Counted from the whole stretch's first letter, positions 27,274-40,517 are shown. The stretch: DNA of 61,947 nt, filler included, from Choristocarpus tenellus KU-1152 (GCA_964200185.2; 9 parts of 9 records of this genome joined end to end with filler, not necessarily neighbours in it), one strand, 5' to 3'. The notes: generated from the sequence alone by a model not told the origin. Numbers and translations are program-made.

Positions 27274-30151
27274 GTGTTAGACCTGACCCAGAGGAACGAC
27301 TCCCTCCGAGGTTTTGTTGGTGGTTTTACTCATGGAAGGTTGGTGCCTGTCACCATTGGGGTTAAACGTATATTACAGTTTGAGTACCTGTACCACAGTG
27401 ATACTCAACATGTCCCTTTGTAGGTAAAACTAAAAGTCACTGCCATGCAGGCCTTCAATGCGTGAATCACCTCGACCATTCTCAGTGGGCACTACTACAT
27501 TCAGATACAGACTCGCCCCCACTCGTAAAGACCCTCATGCCATCCTTGTTCTGATCCACTGAGCCCAACCCTGCAGTCAAGATTCACACCCACCTGCTAG
27601 TCCTAATGACAAAACATACCAACGTCATATACTATGCAGAGCTCCAGCACACATGTGCGATTGCAGTACACTAGAGGATGTCGCAGCTACAACCCAGCCC
27701 TCTAACCCCAACCCGACCCTCTCCAAAAGGTACGCCGTTCTGTCTCCATACGCCAATGGCGGTACTTCCAACAACTACCGGTCCCGGTCCCAGTTCAGCG
27801 AGGTGGTACTGGTTGACTTGAACGACTTCAGCGAGGATGGAGTCTACGTCATTGACATTGCAGCCACATCTCGCCAGCAGGTGCCAGAAACTCTTACGGG
27901 CTTGGGGGCGAGGGAGGGCCAGGAGTTAGGGTACCAACCATTTCATCAAGCACTGCAAACAAGCGTAGTATAATCTTGTTGGGGTTTGCCTAATATAGAT
28001 ATGCGTGTTTCCTGCACGAACTACCATTGATCAGCCATGGGCTCCCTCTTTCATTCAGTAAACCTAGTCCCCCAGTTGGTTGGCTGTTATGTTGACTGCT
28101 GCGTGTTTTGGTGGGGGAAACGATCAAATCTCGCCGTCCCTGTTTCTACTGCATTGCCAACAGCTTTTTTGGTTGTCTTGTATTTTGTGGTTGGGATGAG
28201 GTACTGAAAATTGCAAATTCTGGGTGTGTTTGTGAATTTCTTTCAAGCTCTTTTTTGAGCTAGGTTTGAGGTGATTTTATTTACTGCAGGATCAAGGTAA
28301 GGTGAACCACCTAACAAAGCTGCCGGTAACTCCAAGCAATGGAGATGAACACCAATCCTGGTCTCTCAATCATTTTGATTTTATAACCTGCTAAAACTAA
28401 CCACTGCTACCGCACCCGCGTGATTACTGCTGTCACTTCTCTAAATATTGCCATGTCCCCTCTTTCAAGATTCCCTACCAACCTGATCCAAATCTTCGTG
28501 GATATGTTGGAGGCTTTGCACTGGGCCATCATGTGTACTTCACCCCACATTTCAACGGTGTCTTCTTTGGGAAGGTGACTGTCACAGCAGGGATCGAAGT
28601 TTCCCTTTCTTATCACAATGTGGATACGAGTGACGTCACCATATTCAAGGAATCCCATTCTTGCTCCTCCATGAAGTACATTGCGGAGGAACATGAGACC
28701 TCACTTGGTTCGAGAACTTGTGCCAGGGTCAAAGTATCTGGAAGGGGGGGGGCATGCTTGCTTCGGAAACACTGGAACCAACAGAGAGGACAGACAGCAA
28801 CAATATCTACTATTAAATGTATCAGTAATTGGGCAGGCAGGGAGGGAGGGAGGGAGGCAAATAGTTAGATGTCCTCCCAAGTACTGTATTAGAATTCATT
28901 TTAATTGACCCCACGTAGTAAAATGCACAACTCCCGCTACCTGCATGCTACTTAAACTATTTTTGGAGCAGCGATTTTGGTAATTATGTTGCATATTGGA
29001 CGTAGTATATATATTCTCGATTGACAGCAGGCTTAGCAAAAGGATGCCTTACTGGAGTACTCCTTGTTTCATGTGTGGGGCAAAGAGTTCCTCTAGAGTT
29101 TCTTCTCCTAGCTCCATCTCCCGAGCAAATGTATTTTTAATTTCCACCCATGACCCGTTGAAGATCCCACTGCAAGCAACCTCTACGCACAAGGAAAGTC
29201 CTGCCTACTCCTATGGTTTAGTGGTGAAAACGAGTAATGGTGCTTGAAGTACCTCAAGACTTTATTTTTCTGTGCACCGCACTCCAACAACACGCCTCCT
29301 GCACACCTCGAGCCTAGATTTAAAAGAAGAAAAACTGCACTGTAAGGGCCGATCATTACAAAAAACGCTTCGCACTACATTCAATTTTCTCGAAATAATC
29401 AACGTATGTCACAGGTGGTCCGCATTGATATGAGGGAAGCACTCACCATGGTGGCTGGAGATCGTGCTGACGTGTACGACGGATTGCAGGCAAGCACTAC
29501 CATCTCCTGCACACTTACTTCACAACGATTTATGCTGCCACATCATACCTCTCCACATGTCAGGACGATTGCTCACCAGAGCTTAGTAGCTTGACCTTCC
29601 CACAACAATTGCATGTGGAGAAGAGATTCTCAGCGACATTGCTCACATTGAGGTTGTTTTTCATTACATGCTTTTCGAAAGTATAAACGTATGCTGCAGT
29701 GAGTCAAAGTAATCGAGAGATACCCAGGTTTTTACTGTTTTACATACTAAAGTCACTTTTTTTAATATCTTCAGCGACCCACCCATATTTCTGTAGATGA
29801 TGTACTAAATAAAATCGATTTGAGAGTGCTGATTTCTCTATTGTTTGAAAAAAATTTCGACAGAACTAAGAAAACTCCCTGCACACATACACACATACAC
29901 ACACACACACACTTGCACAAAATGCCGAAATTTGCACATGCTTGCCAACATCCTTTTTTTGGTACCTCTCGCTTACCCTGACTCAGTGCGTATTTCCTTT
30001 GTTTTAAACTATGTCGATGTGAATGTCTACGTCGTCCACGTGAATGGTCCCTTCTGTTTGCAATGTGCAGGAGCTCGATCTGGAACAGGACTCTGAGGAC
30101 TATGTCGGTTTCTCTGGATCCTTCCATTCCTGGGACAGCTCCTGCGAATAG
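27274..30151 (+). CDS. Uncharacterised GFxGGF/GRY repeat protein (probable beta-propeller), 3' part, 5 exons
   Basis: Exons 27274-27338 (VLDLTQRNDSLRGFVGGFTHG-R), 27730-27880 (YAVLSPYANG...FSEVVLVDLNDFS...RQQ), 28470-28574 (IPYQPDPNLRGYVGGFALGHHVYFTPHFNGVFFGK), 29415-29489 (VVRIDM...GLQ, GC donor) and 30071-30151 (ELDLEQDSEDYVGFSGSF...stop). All joins keep frame and the repeat unit recurs across exons. Confidence 0.82.
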
Positions 30152-30902
30152 TGATCTATTCCTTTGTTTTTCTCCTCAGTGGACAAAAAAAATATGTTGG
30201 GAATGTCTATTGAGCAGCCAGAGTATCCTATTCCTTTCATGGCAGACTTCCCCCTCCCCTCCCCCCCTCCCTCTACCACTTTGTGCAGCGCCCTGAAGTG
30301 ACTGCGGTATCAGGAAGAGTTGTGTCGTACCACGATGAACCTTCTAAAAACCAAGTAACACAAAGCAGTATTTTATTTGGTGATGAATGGTGCGACTCTA
30401 ACCTGCATGGCAGTGTTTTGTGATTGTTTGCCCCTTCTTGTGATTTTATGAGAGCACCAGGTGCTGCGTGTTTCTGATGAACTTGCTGCTTACTCTCTTG
30501 TTGAGCACATAGTACTTCTCACTGCACTCAAAATAGGATTGACTAGCAGATACGAAGTGTTGCTCACTGCGAAATGAACGGATTTATATTTTGTAGTTCG
30601 AGAATAGTAGTGTCTAGGAAGGTGAAAAAAAATAAAATCATTTTGAGTGAAACCTGCACAGCGCACAACACACAATTCAAAGGTTAATTCTTGATGGCTC
30701 ATTACTTACTATATTTCTAACTGCTAGACTGTTGTTTTTCTTTCGCTACCATTAGTTATGGGTTGCCTGGTGCTTGACACATGCTCCACATATCACTTGC
30801 TCCAGTCTGGTGGGATATCAATCTCAAGCAGCAACAGGGTTTCAAAACATGCAGCAAACCTGGCGTTATGTGTCTGTAGAGGTGGCCTCAGCAGCCAGTC
30901 CA

Positions 30903-31305
30903 TCAGATAAACAGAGACCCATAGCAACTTAGGGGGCGGGGGGGAGTTGGGGCATGGTGTCCATTCGGGACTTGATGGAGTGTTGTAAGATTTCCCAGTT
31001 TGATGCCCATTTTGAGGGCGATTTTCCTTCGGGTTTGGTTCAGGGTTAGGGATGGAAAAGGAAGGTGCGTTAAAGTGAGGAAATTGCCCTTATATTTGAC
31101 ACGTCCACTCAGATGACGTGAAAATTGCAGCAAGTTCAACAGGCCCCGAATGGACGCCTGACCACCTCTCTAGGACACTATGGGTCAAACCTCGCTCTCC
31201 TTGAGCCAAAACCAGTCGATACATACACCTAGGAGCAGTCCAAAATATATCCTTCAACAACAGCATTCGCCTGTGGATATATTGATGGTGTACTCTCTCA
31301 CACAT
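30903..31305 (-). mobile_element. Possible N-terminal (HTH) fragment of a plant-type mariner transposase
   Basis: SGRVKYKG...QTRRKIALKMGIKLGNLTTLH resembles the R-T-R-LA-(L)GI-TLH segment of DD39D transposases. Degraded, and no TIRs were identified. Confidence 0.35.
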
Positions 31306-32230
31306 TCCAATGGAATAGCGTGACTGGAAGCAGGAGAGAGGAGCCTCATGTTTGAAAGGTCATGGTTATTGAACCCAGTTGTTTGACGAGACGAGAGGTC
31401 CTTGATCACTATGGACCTGAATGCCCCTTACCTTCTTCCTTCTAGTGTGAGTACCACTCGTCATGATGACTGACCACTCTTTCATTTTTTTTCTTAAAAC
31501 TTGTCAATACGTAGGGGAAAAAATTCTACTTGTAACTCTCCTAACCATCAGGAAAAAGTTGTTGTCTTAAAGGAGGTACTGTACGTAGGTGAAAATAACT
31601 GCTGTGATCATCAGGACAACAGTTTCTGCCCACCATTGGATCGAACGTTTCGCAGGACCTAGCAGAGAGGACAGCCTGGTTAGAAACGAACAACAACTAC
31701 AGCTAAATCCACATAGCATATTGCGAATCATATTTACCTCATCTGTCTGCTCGACTACTCTTGATCATGGTGGGAGCGCATCCATCTTAATGCGTAGAGT
31801 GCATAATATTTTGAAGCATTGGGAGTATTCCAATTCGTCATACCATACGTTCCATCATACATGTGTACATGATATATTATCCATTACAAAATATACACCA
31901 AACGATTCAAAGGTTGGTAGATTCACTCTTCATCAGTGATGTGATCAGTGGAAGCAGCATGTGATTTTATATTGTTGTGGAATTCAGATATTAAAAAAAA
32001 GGAAGATCCAAAAAACGGAGGTCGTCTCTGTCACCACTTCAGTTCGCTAATCAAGACCATCCTGTCACGCAAACAGCATCAAAACTTGCGTGTGCTTGTG
32101 GATTGAGAGATTCAAGTCAAGAAGTGTGCGATAAAATCATTTAAAAGATTTTTTACTAGAGTTAACTCTAAGGAGAGTGGGGAAGTAATTAATTCAATCC
32201 ACAACAAAAAATGATAGTGTATTCACCTTA

Positions 32231-32493
32231 TGAGCCAAAGCATTTTAAGAGGGTAGGAGTTTTGCCCTTTTTGTCCGTTGGGGTTTGGCTTCCCACGGTT
32301 TTTTTATGCCCTTTTTTCGGTTTTCTGTGTATACATAGTTACTTTAAATGTGTACGACAACGAAAGGTGTGTCTGGAGGAAGGATATTGACACTTCCTAA
32401 CAAACACAGCAGCCAAAGTTCATAAAAAAAACGAAAAATTGGATATATAACCCCGAACGGACGCGAACCTACCCTCTTCAACACTTTGGGTCT
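32231..32493. mobile_element. Tourist-like (PIF/Harbinger) MITE, about 263 bp
   Basis: Imperfect TIRs TGAGCCAAAGCATTTTAAGAGGGTAGG...GTCCGTTGGGG and CCCCGAACGGAC...CCTACCCTCTTCAACACTTTGGGTCT, with TTA on both flanks (32228-30, 32494-96). Related copies at 51811-51867 and 52063-52140. Confidence 0.7.
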
Positions 32494-33173
32494 TTATTAG
32501 TCCCACAACATAATAAGCAGTAGGTTCTAGTTATGGATAAGACATGACAGAGACAGTTGTAATTGACAATAGCATACTTAGAACTAATGTATTATGCCCA
32601 ATGACATCTTTCAGATGTGTCACAGAGGGAAATAATAAAAAAAACAGGTCAGAAGTCTATGACAAAAACTAATTGATGTGGATAGAGTGGTGGTCGATGA
32701 TTAGATGTCTCCCTTAAAATATGTGCAATTTGCAACTAACGATACAACAATGTCCCGTTCGAGATTTTATCTACCAACCAATTTTCATACTGCTATACTT
32801 CGAGCCTGATAGTTGCGATGAGTGAACGGATAGGAAAAAACGGCAACTCGAAGTGCATTCAAATATGTACAGAAATGTGCCGCATGCAGGGCCACGCCGG
32901 ACAAAAACAAGATACAGTTGCACCGTTACGCCATAGACCTATAGTAATTGTAAGTAAGAAAATACAAACCCTTGTGCACCTTCCTTCAAACTACTAAGCA
33001 ATATGTTTCCCCAAAAAAAACTTCGCTTCAGGTGGGTTATACTATTACTAGAGTAACACTTTCAATTATTACCAACAACAATAATACACCTTGACTTTCA
33101 AGTGATTTCAATGCCCAAAACAGCAAGTGGAAGGGTGTTTTCTTCAAATCTACCCCAGACATTGCTTCATGTG

Positions 33174-33176
<3 letters not shown>

Positions 33177-33263
<87 letters not shown>
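33177..33263. repeat. Compound microsatellite (TG)n(AG)n
   Basis: Directly visible. Confidence 0.95.
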
Positions 33264-33264
<1 letters not shown>

Positions 33265-34157
33265 CAAAAAACAAGGAACTCAACCAAAAATGATACCAAA
33301 ATAGTACGATGTGATAGAAAAAAACAGGTATGCCTTGAAGGGATTGTTATACTGAGAAGGACCCCCACAAAAAGTGATATTGCACATATTTCACAATCTC
33401 CTCCAAAAAGCAGGTTTTTGATCCAAAGTAACTGAAAGGTAAGCAAGGCTGCATTTTAAGGATAACTAGAAATGGTAAAAAAATATACTTTTTGTACAAT
33501 AATTTCATAGTAAGGTAGTTTTGCTGAATTGTGGTTTCAGTTTGTATGCGGAAAGGAGGAATATCCATTTTGCGTACACTTCAATGGACATGGTGCAAAG
33601 CAATAGGGCATATTGTAAAAAGTAAGGAAGACCACATGGAATGCAAAAGGGCTCAAGCCTGCTTCTCCCTTAATTACTTTTGTTCTTTACGCTGGACTCT
33701 GGGTAACTGTGACAAGGCTGAATTGCAAGCCTGGTTCGTAAAAGTACATACAATATATCATGTTCTATATTTCAGGCAGGCAATGTTGCCAGGGCTTAAC
33801 TCGATTGGACCATGCGCCAGCTCAAGCAGGATAATTTCGAAAGAGCACGGCTGGGTATCAGCTTGGACAGGTCGATCTTCAGGTTGGTTGGGCTGGGTGT
33901 ATGGTTTGCACATAAATTGCGAAGCGACATTTGAATTTCAAACTTCAGGGCCGATTTTTATACCTCAAATGTGTTGTCTCGGCCATAGCATCACCTCCTC
34001 ATTGTCCTCAATAATATTTTCTGTTCGTCACTGCAGACGTGCCTGCTCCAATTTGGACAGCTTCTACTGGTCGGTCTAAGTTGGAGAGGATACAGGTATA
34101 TTGTCAGATAAAATATCGGACCCAAAGTATCTGGGAGGGGGAGGGGGTCTAGACCAG

Positions 34158-34257
34158 NNNNNNNNNNNNNNNNNNNNNNNNNNNNNNNNNNNNNNNNNNN
34201 NTTAATTAATTAANNNNNNNNNNNNNNNNNNNNNNNNNNNNNNNNNNNNNNNNNNNN
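34158..34257. other. Artificial contig linker
   Basis: 44N-TTAATTAATTAA-44N. Confidence 0.99.
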
Positions 34258-34743
34258 AAGGGGGGGGGGGGATATCGGGGTGAAGTGTTGGGTGGGGCAG
34301 GGGGTGGAGACCGTCCTCGGAAGCGGGGTCCAAAGCACGTAGGGAATATACAGTTACTTGGTTTTAAAAAAAAATCTTGATGAGGCAATGAGACAGGTGC
34401 AAAAGCCCTTCGTGCAAGCGGAACACACTTCGGTGCATCTCATTTCTGTTCTCACTTGGAAAATAGGATTCAGGGGGTGGGTTGGAAGGCTTGTGTCACG
34501 ACACGCGAGGGGGGCTTGGGTAAGTATCATCCATCCGAGCAGAGAGGCTTACGGTAAAGAATCTTTCAAACGATGTAGGAAGGCGTTTATGAGAAAACAC
34601 TACCCTGCTGCCAAGTGGGCAACTTGCACCGCCTTCAACAAATCCTACCAAACCCCTCTCTCACGCAATAAAGACGGCCTTCTCTTCTGGTTTACAAGCC
34701 TAAGGGTTTTCATCTGTCAAGCATCAAGCAGACGGCAACCTAC

Positions 34744-36816
34744 CATAAAGGCATACACACGCTCAGCCAGGGGACTGGACTCCTGGCAAGAATCCAGGAT
34801 GCTATTTACAATAGGCCCGCACAGAAGATTAGTCTTGACCTCCAGATCACCAGCCTCGCTTGAGCTTGTCTCCTTTCCTCCTCCCCCCAGCCCCACCACA
34901 TAACATGAGCTGTAGGAGGCCAAAAGAACCTGGGGCTCCAGACCGTTCACAAGTCCACGACAAAGGGCTAGGACCGAGATAGGGGGTAGTGGCAAAAAAG
35001 ACCTCAACAAACAGCTGGTGTTACTATTGCTGGCAGCATCAACATCATTTCTTGTGCGTGTCCCATGAAAAATATTGGCAGTGATAATCTCAGCAGGTGA
35101 TGGCACCGTCACATCTATGGTGCCCTTGCAGCTTCCCTCGCCATCATACCTATTCTTGTCTTCCCCATCAACTTCGCCTCTTGCTACACTATGCCCTTGC
35201 CATAGTCCTTCAGCCTTCCATGAGGCTCTCAGCAGCAATACTAAGGCGGAGGAGGCATGCGTGCAATCATCTCGGTGGACTACTGGGTTGCTTAGCACCT
35301 GGAGACAAAGCTTGCACATGCTTGTTACCTGGGCGCCAGAACCTGAAGCTTTGGCATCCCAGTCCCTTCAAGGGAGTTGGATGGATTTTTTTGAGGTGAA
35401 CATTGGAAAGCAGAAGACATTAAAGAGGATAGGTTGACTCAAAGAGGAGTTTGAATGGGTCATGACCTCTGGGAAGCACATCTAGTCTAGCTCATTTCGC
35501 TGACTGTGAATTTTTTGCCTCATTGTTAAACATTCTCCAGGAGATCGCATCGAGCTCCAGCAGTTCAACACTAAAATAAATCTTAAGTCACCAACACTTC
35601 ATGGTATATACACCATGTGTAAGTCCCATTGCGAGTAGAATTGCAGATGAGGGGGCATTTGCAAGTAGGTGCATGGTACATGGTACAATGTGGGAATGTT
35701 GCTGCAGAGGTTCCAAAGACTAAAATACGGGTGGGGCAGAGTAAAGACTGCGGACAATGGGTGAAGCTTGAGGGTATTTTGGTGTACATGTTTGAGAGTG
35801 CAAGGGTAGTAATCACCAACCTATGTGCAGAAGAGTGGCATAACTTACGGACAGAGTGAGAATAAGCACGCTGTGGCCTTGAGAATTTCTCTGCAGCACT
35901 CTGCAGATTTTGCCAGCTCTGATGAATCCGCAGGCTTGACTGGGGTGCGTGGGTTTCCATCCTGTACTGGCCTGTCAGCTGCCTTTGGTTCTTCCACCCT
36001 CTCAATGTCCCCAGGAACCTCATGACAACATATTTCCCGAAGTGGAAAAGACTGCACCTCCAGCAGATCCCCTAGGACTTTCACGCACATGGGAAAGAGC
36101 CCCTCGTCCCCTTTTGCAACAATGACATGCTTGCCCTGCCCTTCCACCAGCCACCTCAATGGACCCACCCAACGTCGTGTAGGCGTAGCATCCACCCCTG
36201 CTTTGTTGTTAGCCTGTGAAAGGGATAAAGCAGTGGTCGCGTCGTCGCCTGCATGCTTGAGATAACTCCTGACCACGCGCTCAATTACCTCGTCCATTCG
36301 CCCCATACCATCCGCAGCTTGCGCGGCATTGAGGATAGCGAAGGCTGCCTTGCGAAGCGAGCTCGTCTCAGGCTGCATACACAGCAGTAGCATAACTAGG
36401 CAGATATTTTGCAGGTCGAGTACTAACGGCCCCGAACAGACAACGCCTTCTCCAGCCTTCTTCACCTTGACCTTATAAGCCTGCAGGACCTTTACTTGCC
36501 AGTACGGCCCAGTTACTGCTTCCCCTACTTCTATACCAATCTCATTCAAAGTCGAGAAAGAGGTTCGTGAGATATCTTTCAGTACCCCGAAAACCTTTAT
36601 CACAGATCCAGGCGGATCCATGGGCAACCCATCGTCATCGAGATCTCCCAAAGTTGTCAAGTCGAGGGACGCCAAAGCTCGGAGGACAATATCTTGGAGG
36701 TCCAAAGCATGTGTAGGTTCCTTGATGGGAGGTTTTTTCAGTTTTTTTCGTACCATCTTCACAGCCTGAGTTGCTCGTGCCCTGTTCCTATGGTTCAACA
36801 AGCTCAAGTGTACATC
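34744..36816 (-). CDS. THADA: THADA/Trm732-like ARM-repeat protein, N-terminal part (partial)
   Basis: Two long exons, 36816-35849 and 35365-34744, joined in phase 2. Ordered similarity to the THADA N-terminus as I recall it: CCREILKATACLF, LQVLSNPVVHRDDCTHASSAL, SVLALCRGLV, LLCGPIVNSILDSCQ...YAFM. The coding call is firm; the family call rests on recalled similarity. Confidence 0.68.
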
Positions 36817-37094
36817 CTAACATAGGTTGACGTTCACTACTATGGTTGGTGGTATGTAGTAAAATAGTACAATAGTAGTTCAAAATTCTCTTGAAGTACA
36901 AACGCCTTCGACGTCATCCGAACAATATGATTCCTCGATCACCTTGATGTATTGTAATGTTTCGTTATGGTTGAGGTCAAGGTAAGAGTCAGAAAAAGAG
37001 GATAATATTTCAATCTGGTACTAAGGTTTCCTCCCATATGATGTTACGTTTACAGAAGTGCAAGCAGCCTCACATCTACCTCACTCATCCACCA

Positions 37095-37596
37095 GCAATG
37101 GTGTAGCTGCTGCTGCAGCTGAGGCGCGAAAGATTACAAGGGTTCTTTTCACCCTCGTAGTCAATAAACCCCAACACCTTCACGATGGAAAGTTTTGGGC
37201 GCCTCGGTAAGCAAGCAGATTTTTTTCTGGAAGAGTTGGCTACACATATGGTAGGGGGGAGAGGGATGCGAGGCTCTAGCAGGAAAAGAGCTGTCAAATC
37301 CCGTTTTCGACAGATAGTGCCTGTCACAACACGAGCGGCTCTATCAAGACGTGTCGTGCGTTTTTAGCCGGAGACACCAGGGAGATGGGCTAGAAGGAGA
37401 GGCTTGTCAGATTCTTGGGATGCTTCCCTAGCTCCTCGCCCTGTGGTGTAGGGCTAAGCTAAGTCGGAGACATAGGAGGGCAGTTGTGTAGCATAGGTGG
37501 TAGTAAAGTAGTAAGTAGAAAAATATCTTTTGACATTTACGGCAACTTTTTTCGTGGTGTGTCCACAAAATGCTAGAGGGTATAATAATAATAATT
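37095..37596 (+). mobile_element. 5'-truncated CRE-like non-LTR retrotransposon 3' end with (TAA)n tail
   Basis: NGVAAAAAEARK...GSFHPRS...MESFGRLGKQADFFLEELATHMVGGRG...RFRQIVPVTTRAALSRRVVRF, then a short 3' UTR and TATAATAATAATAAT at about 37582-37596. Confidence 0.82.
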
Positions 37597-37788
37597 ATTC
37601 TTACACTCGTTCTTTCGGTTCTGAATACGAATGCGGGAAATTTCTAGATTTGGGATGTTCCCTATTTCTCTAAAACCTACTTCGAAAGGTCCGATACAAT
37701 TTCACCGATGCTATCATACAACTGATATCTTGGTTATCCCCACAACTAGTGCGTTGGATTCTGTACATCAGTTCTGGTAGACCTACAC

Positions 37789-40517
37789 ATGGTGGCTAGT
37801 CCGTGCGATGAATCCTTGTCCTATCTTAGCCTTACCGTGAGTTTGTGAAACCTGGAATCTATGCCCAAATGACGAATAGAATCGACCTCTTTTAGACTTT
37901 TTTCTTGGAACGTCACCAAGTATTTATGTGACATGCTTCAACTCTCTCCCTCGCTTTCAGGTGGCGAGGTACGCTGCAGATGACCCACTGGGTAAGGTCG
38001 CTGCCCTGATCACGCTCTCCCCGATGTGAGTGAAATTGTTGTGTTGCTTATTGGATCTTGAGCTTTGCTCTCCCTTGCCCTAATCGCCCCCCCCCCCTTC
38101 CAACTCGGATACAGCCTTGGTGCGATAGACAGTAAGAGCTCAGAGTTGAGTCTGCACTATGTAGTTCTATTCCCCGAATGAAACAAAATCATTTTTTTGC
38201 CACCTTTTGCAGATATCTTGGTGCAGCCTATGCTACGCTTTCCCTATGTAGACGAGATCTCCAGACATTTATCATGGGCGTGGGACAGGTGAGAAAGTGC
38301 ACGATTCCGATACATATTCATCAAAAGCGGAGTGAATTACTCTTGGTATTAATATTCTTCGTCTATCCCCTCGATAATCTTCATCCTGCAATGCTTCATT
38401 TCTCACTTAACGCCATCGTTCAACACCCCCGCAGGCCCTGGATTTAGTGGTGAACAAGGTTGCCAAGAACTGGGCGGCCGAACCTCGGCCACAAGGTGAG
38501 CATAGAGCAATACCGTGTCCGTGAGCACAGTGGCAGAACGTTCCTGTGTAGGTATCACGAGGTACAGGCATTTCCCTCTCTTTAGATACACCCAAAACAA
38601 AAATATTGGATAAGAACTGCATAATCTGTACCTGGTGTGGAAGGTTCCAAGACATCCCACAGTTAGCCGTTCATGTTCCCCATTGTATGTGTCGTACCAA
38701 TCGCCTTCAGGCTACCCGCCACTTCCCCATCTCCCACACCCTGGCTGCCAGGCTGTGTAACTGGTGGGTATGGAATGCCATCCAACCACACACAGTTCAT
38801 GTTCTTTTTCGCGGCATTCTCCATACTCTACCTGTGGAACAGGTGTGTGATGTTGTCATGGGACTGTGAAGGAAAATCTCTCCTAACAAATTTGTAATCC
38901 AGGGAGGTTTTAATGGAGGAGAAGCATGTCTTTTGCCAGGTTCTGTGCTCTTCACCTGGGATGATACACAATAGCAGACACAACTACTCTGGAGTACGCC
39001 AGAACTGGAGGTGCCTACGATACGCCTCATCTGAAAACAGCAGCTCATTTAGAGGGCTGCAGTATTGAGTAGGTAGCTCAGTTTGACCATTGACGGACCA
39101 AAACTCTGGATCATCTCAAAGAGGCAGTGGTTGTTGACGAGTCATATTCTTTTTTTCTACAAATGCAGACACCAACTCTTGCACCCCTGTTGGCAACGAT
39201 CGGGAAGAACATATCTTTCGTAGTGTCTTGACTTAGTGTCTTGAAGGTCCTAACTGGTACATTATTGTTGTGGCAACACTAGTGTTAAATCCAATCTGCT
39301 TTCGACTTGACTCTTTGCCCCCCCCACCAATCGGTTGTTCCTATTTATTACTCTGCCTGATTGATTGTTCCTGCCGCAGAGTATCTTGCAGCACATGTAC
39401 AAAGGCAGGGTTGTCACTGGGGCTTGGACTCTGGGCTGCTTTGGTTGGGTGGACAAGGCAAGACCGAGTTGTGAGCTTTTGTTGTGCTTGATACGGCACA
39501 TGTTTTTAATGCAACATTGGATCCCATCCATTAGCCCTGTGTAAGTTAGTTACTTTTGTGGCGATTTTGTGGATGGGAAGGGGGGGGATTTCAACGCTCG
39601 AGCGCTTCAAGTGGCAGTGTGTGAGTTGGCGCTGACTTTAGAAACAATGATAGAGCTGAGTGAAAGATGTATTGATTTGTTGTGTACTCCTGATTCTTTC
39701 GTTTGAAGAGTGTGTTCTTCACAAAAACGCCTGTAAGGAATCAGCATTTGACCATGCCCAGAGAGCTTAGCCTCTCTAGCTCGCCCGGTCACGATGGAAC
39801 CTGTGAGTGCAGATTTCTGAGGTGCTCCTAACCAAGAATGGAAAATTGCACCAATCATGCCATCTCGGTCTTGAAATGGATGACGACACCACGTTGTCCC
39901 TTTCCTGCCCTTCCTCCCACACTCATCCCTATGCCAGAGTACACCTTAGCTGTCACACACCAATGCAGGTAGTGGTTGGGGGAGTTCTGGGCAGTGGTAC
40001 AGGAGCTCTGTGGTACTTGATCTACCAAGAGGTGCGATAACTTTAAACTGAACTCAGAGAAGCTAATGTACCATCTCTGTACTCTGCAGGTTGCTGTACT
40101 GAATGTTGTGTAGACGAGATTATATTTCCATAGCCACTCTGTGACAGTCCAGACCAGCCCCAGAGGCACATCTGGCAATAACACTGGATCGTACTTATAT
40201 TTTGTTGTTAGTTGAGTGTTAGGGCAGTTTGTTGTATTTGTGATTTTTGGTTTGTCACTAAAGTACCTCATGTTGAGTTCCTTGTATTACCATTCAAGAG
40301 AAACCACACGCACGACCCAAGTGCTCTGTAGTGAGAACCAAATAGCCCGCCCTTGCAAGCACTCATAAAGGGAGGAACATTCTGTTACAAAAATGTTTTA
40401 CTCGAGTGCGTACCGTTGGCCTACTACACAACTTTAACCCAGGTCCTCATGCCGCTATCTCCATCAGTGGTTAAGTGGCCGCTATGTCGGGCATTGCTGG
40501 TGAAAGATTACTCACAG
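37789..40517 (+). CDS. DOLPP1: Dolichyl-diphosphatase 1 (PAP2 family), 8 exons identified, last exon not found
   Basis: Exons 37789-37836, 37961-38025, 38213-38288, 38435-38495, 38752-38842, 39380-39457 (GC donor), 39938-40031 and 40443-40517. PAP2 motifs KNWAAEPRP, YGMPSNH and TRVHLSCHT; N-terminal SLT..Y..DDPLGK..LSP; C-terminal WPLCRALLVKDYS. Confidence 0.92.

Noticed and set aside
33531-34903. Plus-strand ORFs of 182 aa and 181 aa
   Set aside because: No motifs. The second partly overlaps a THADA exon in antisense, and the two lie on different contigs.
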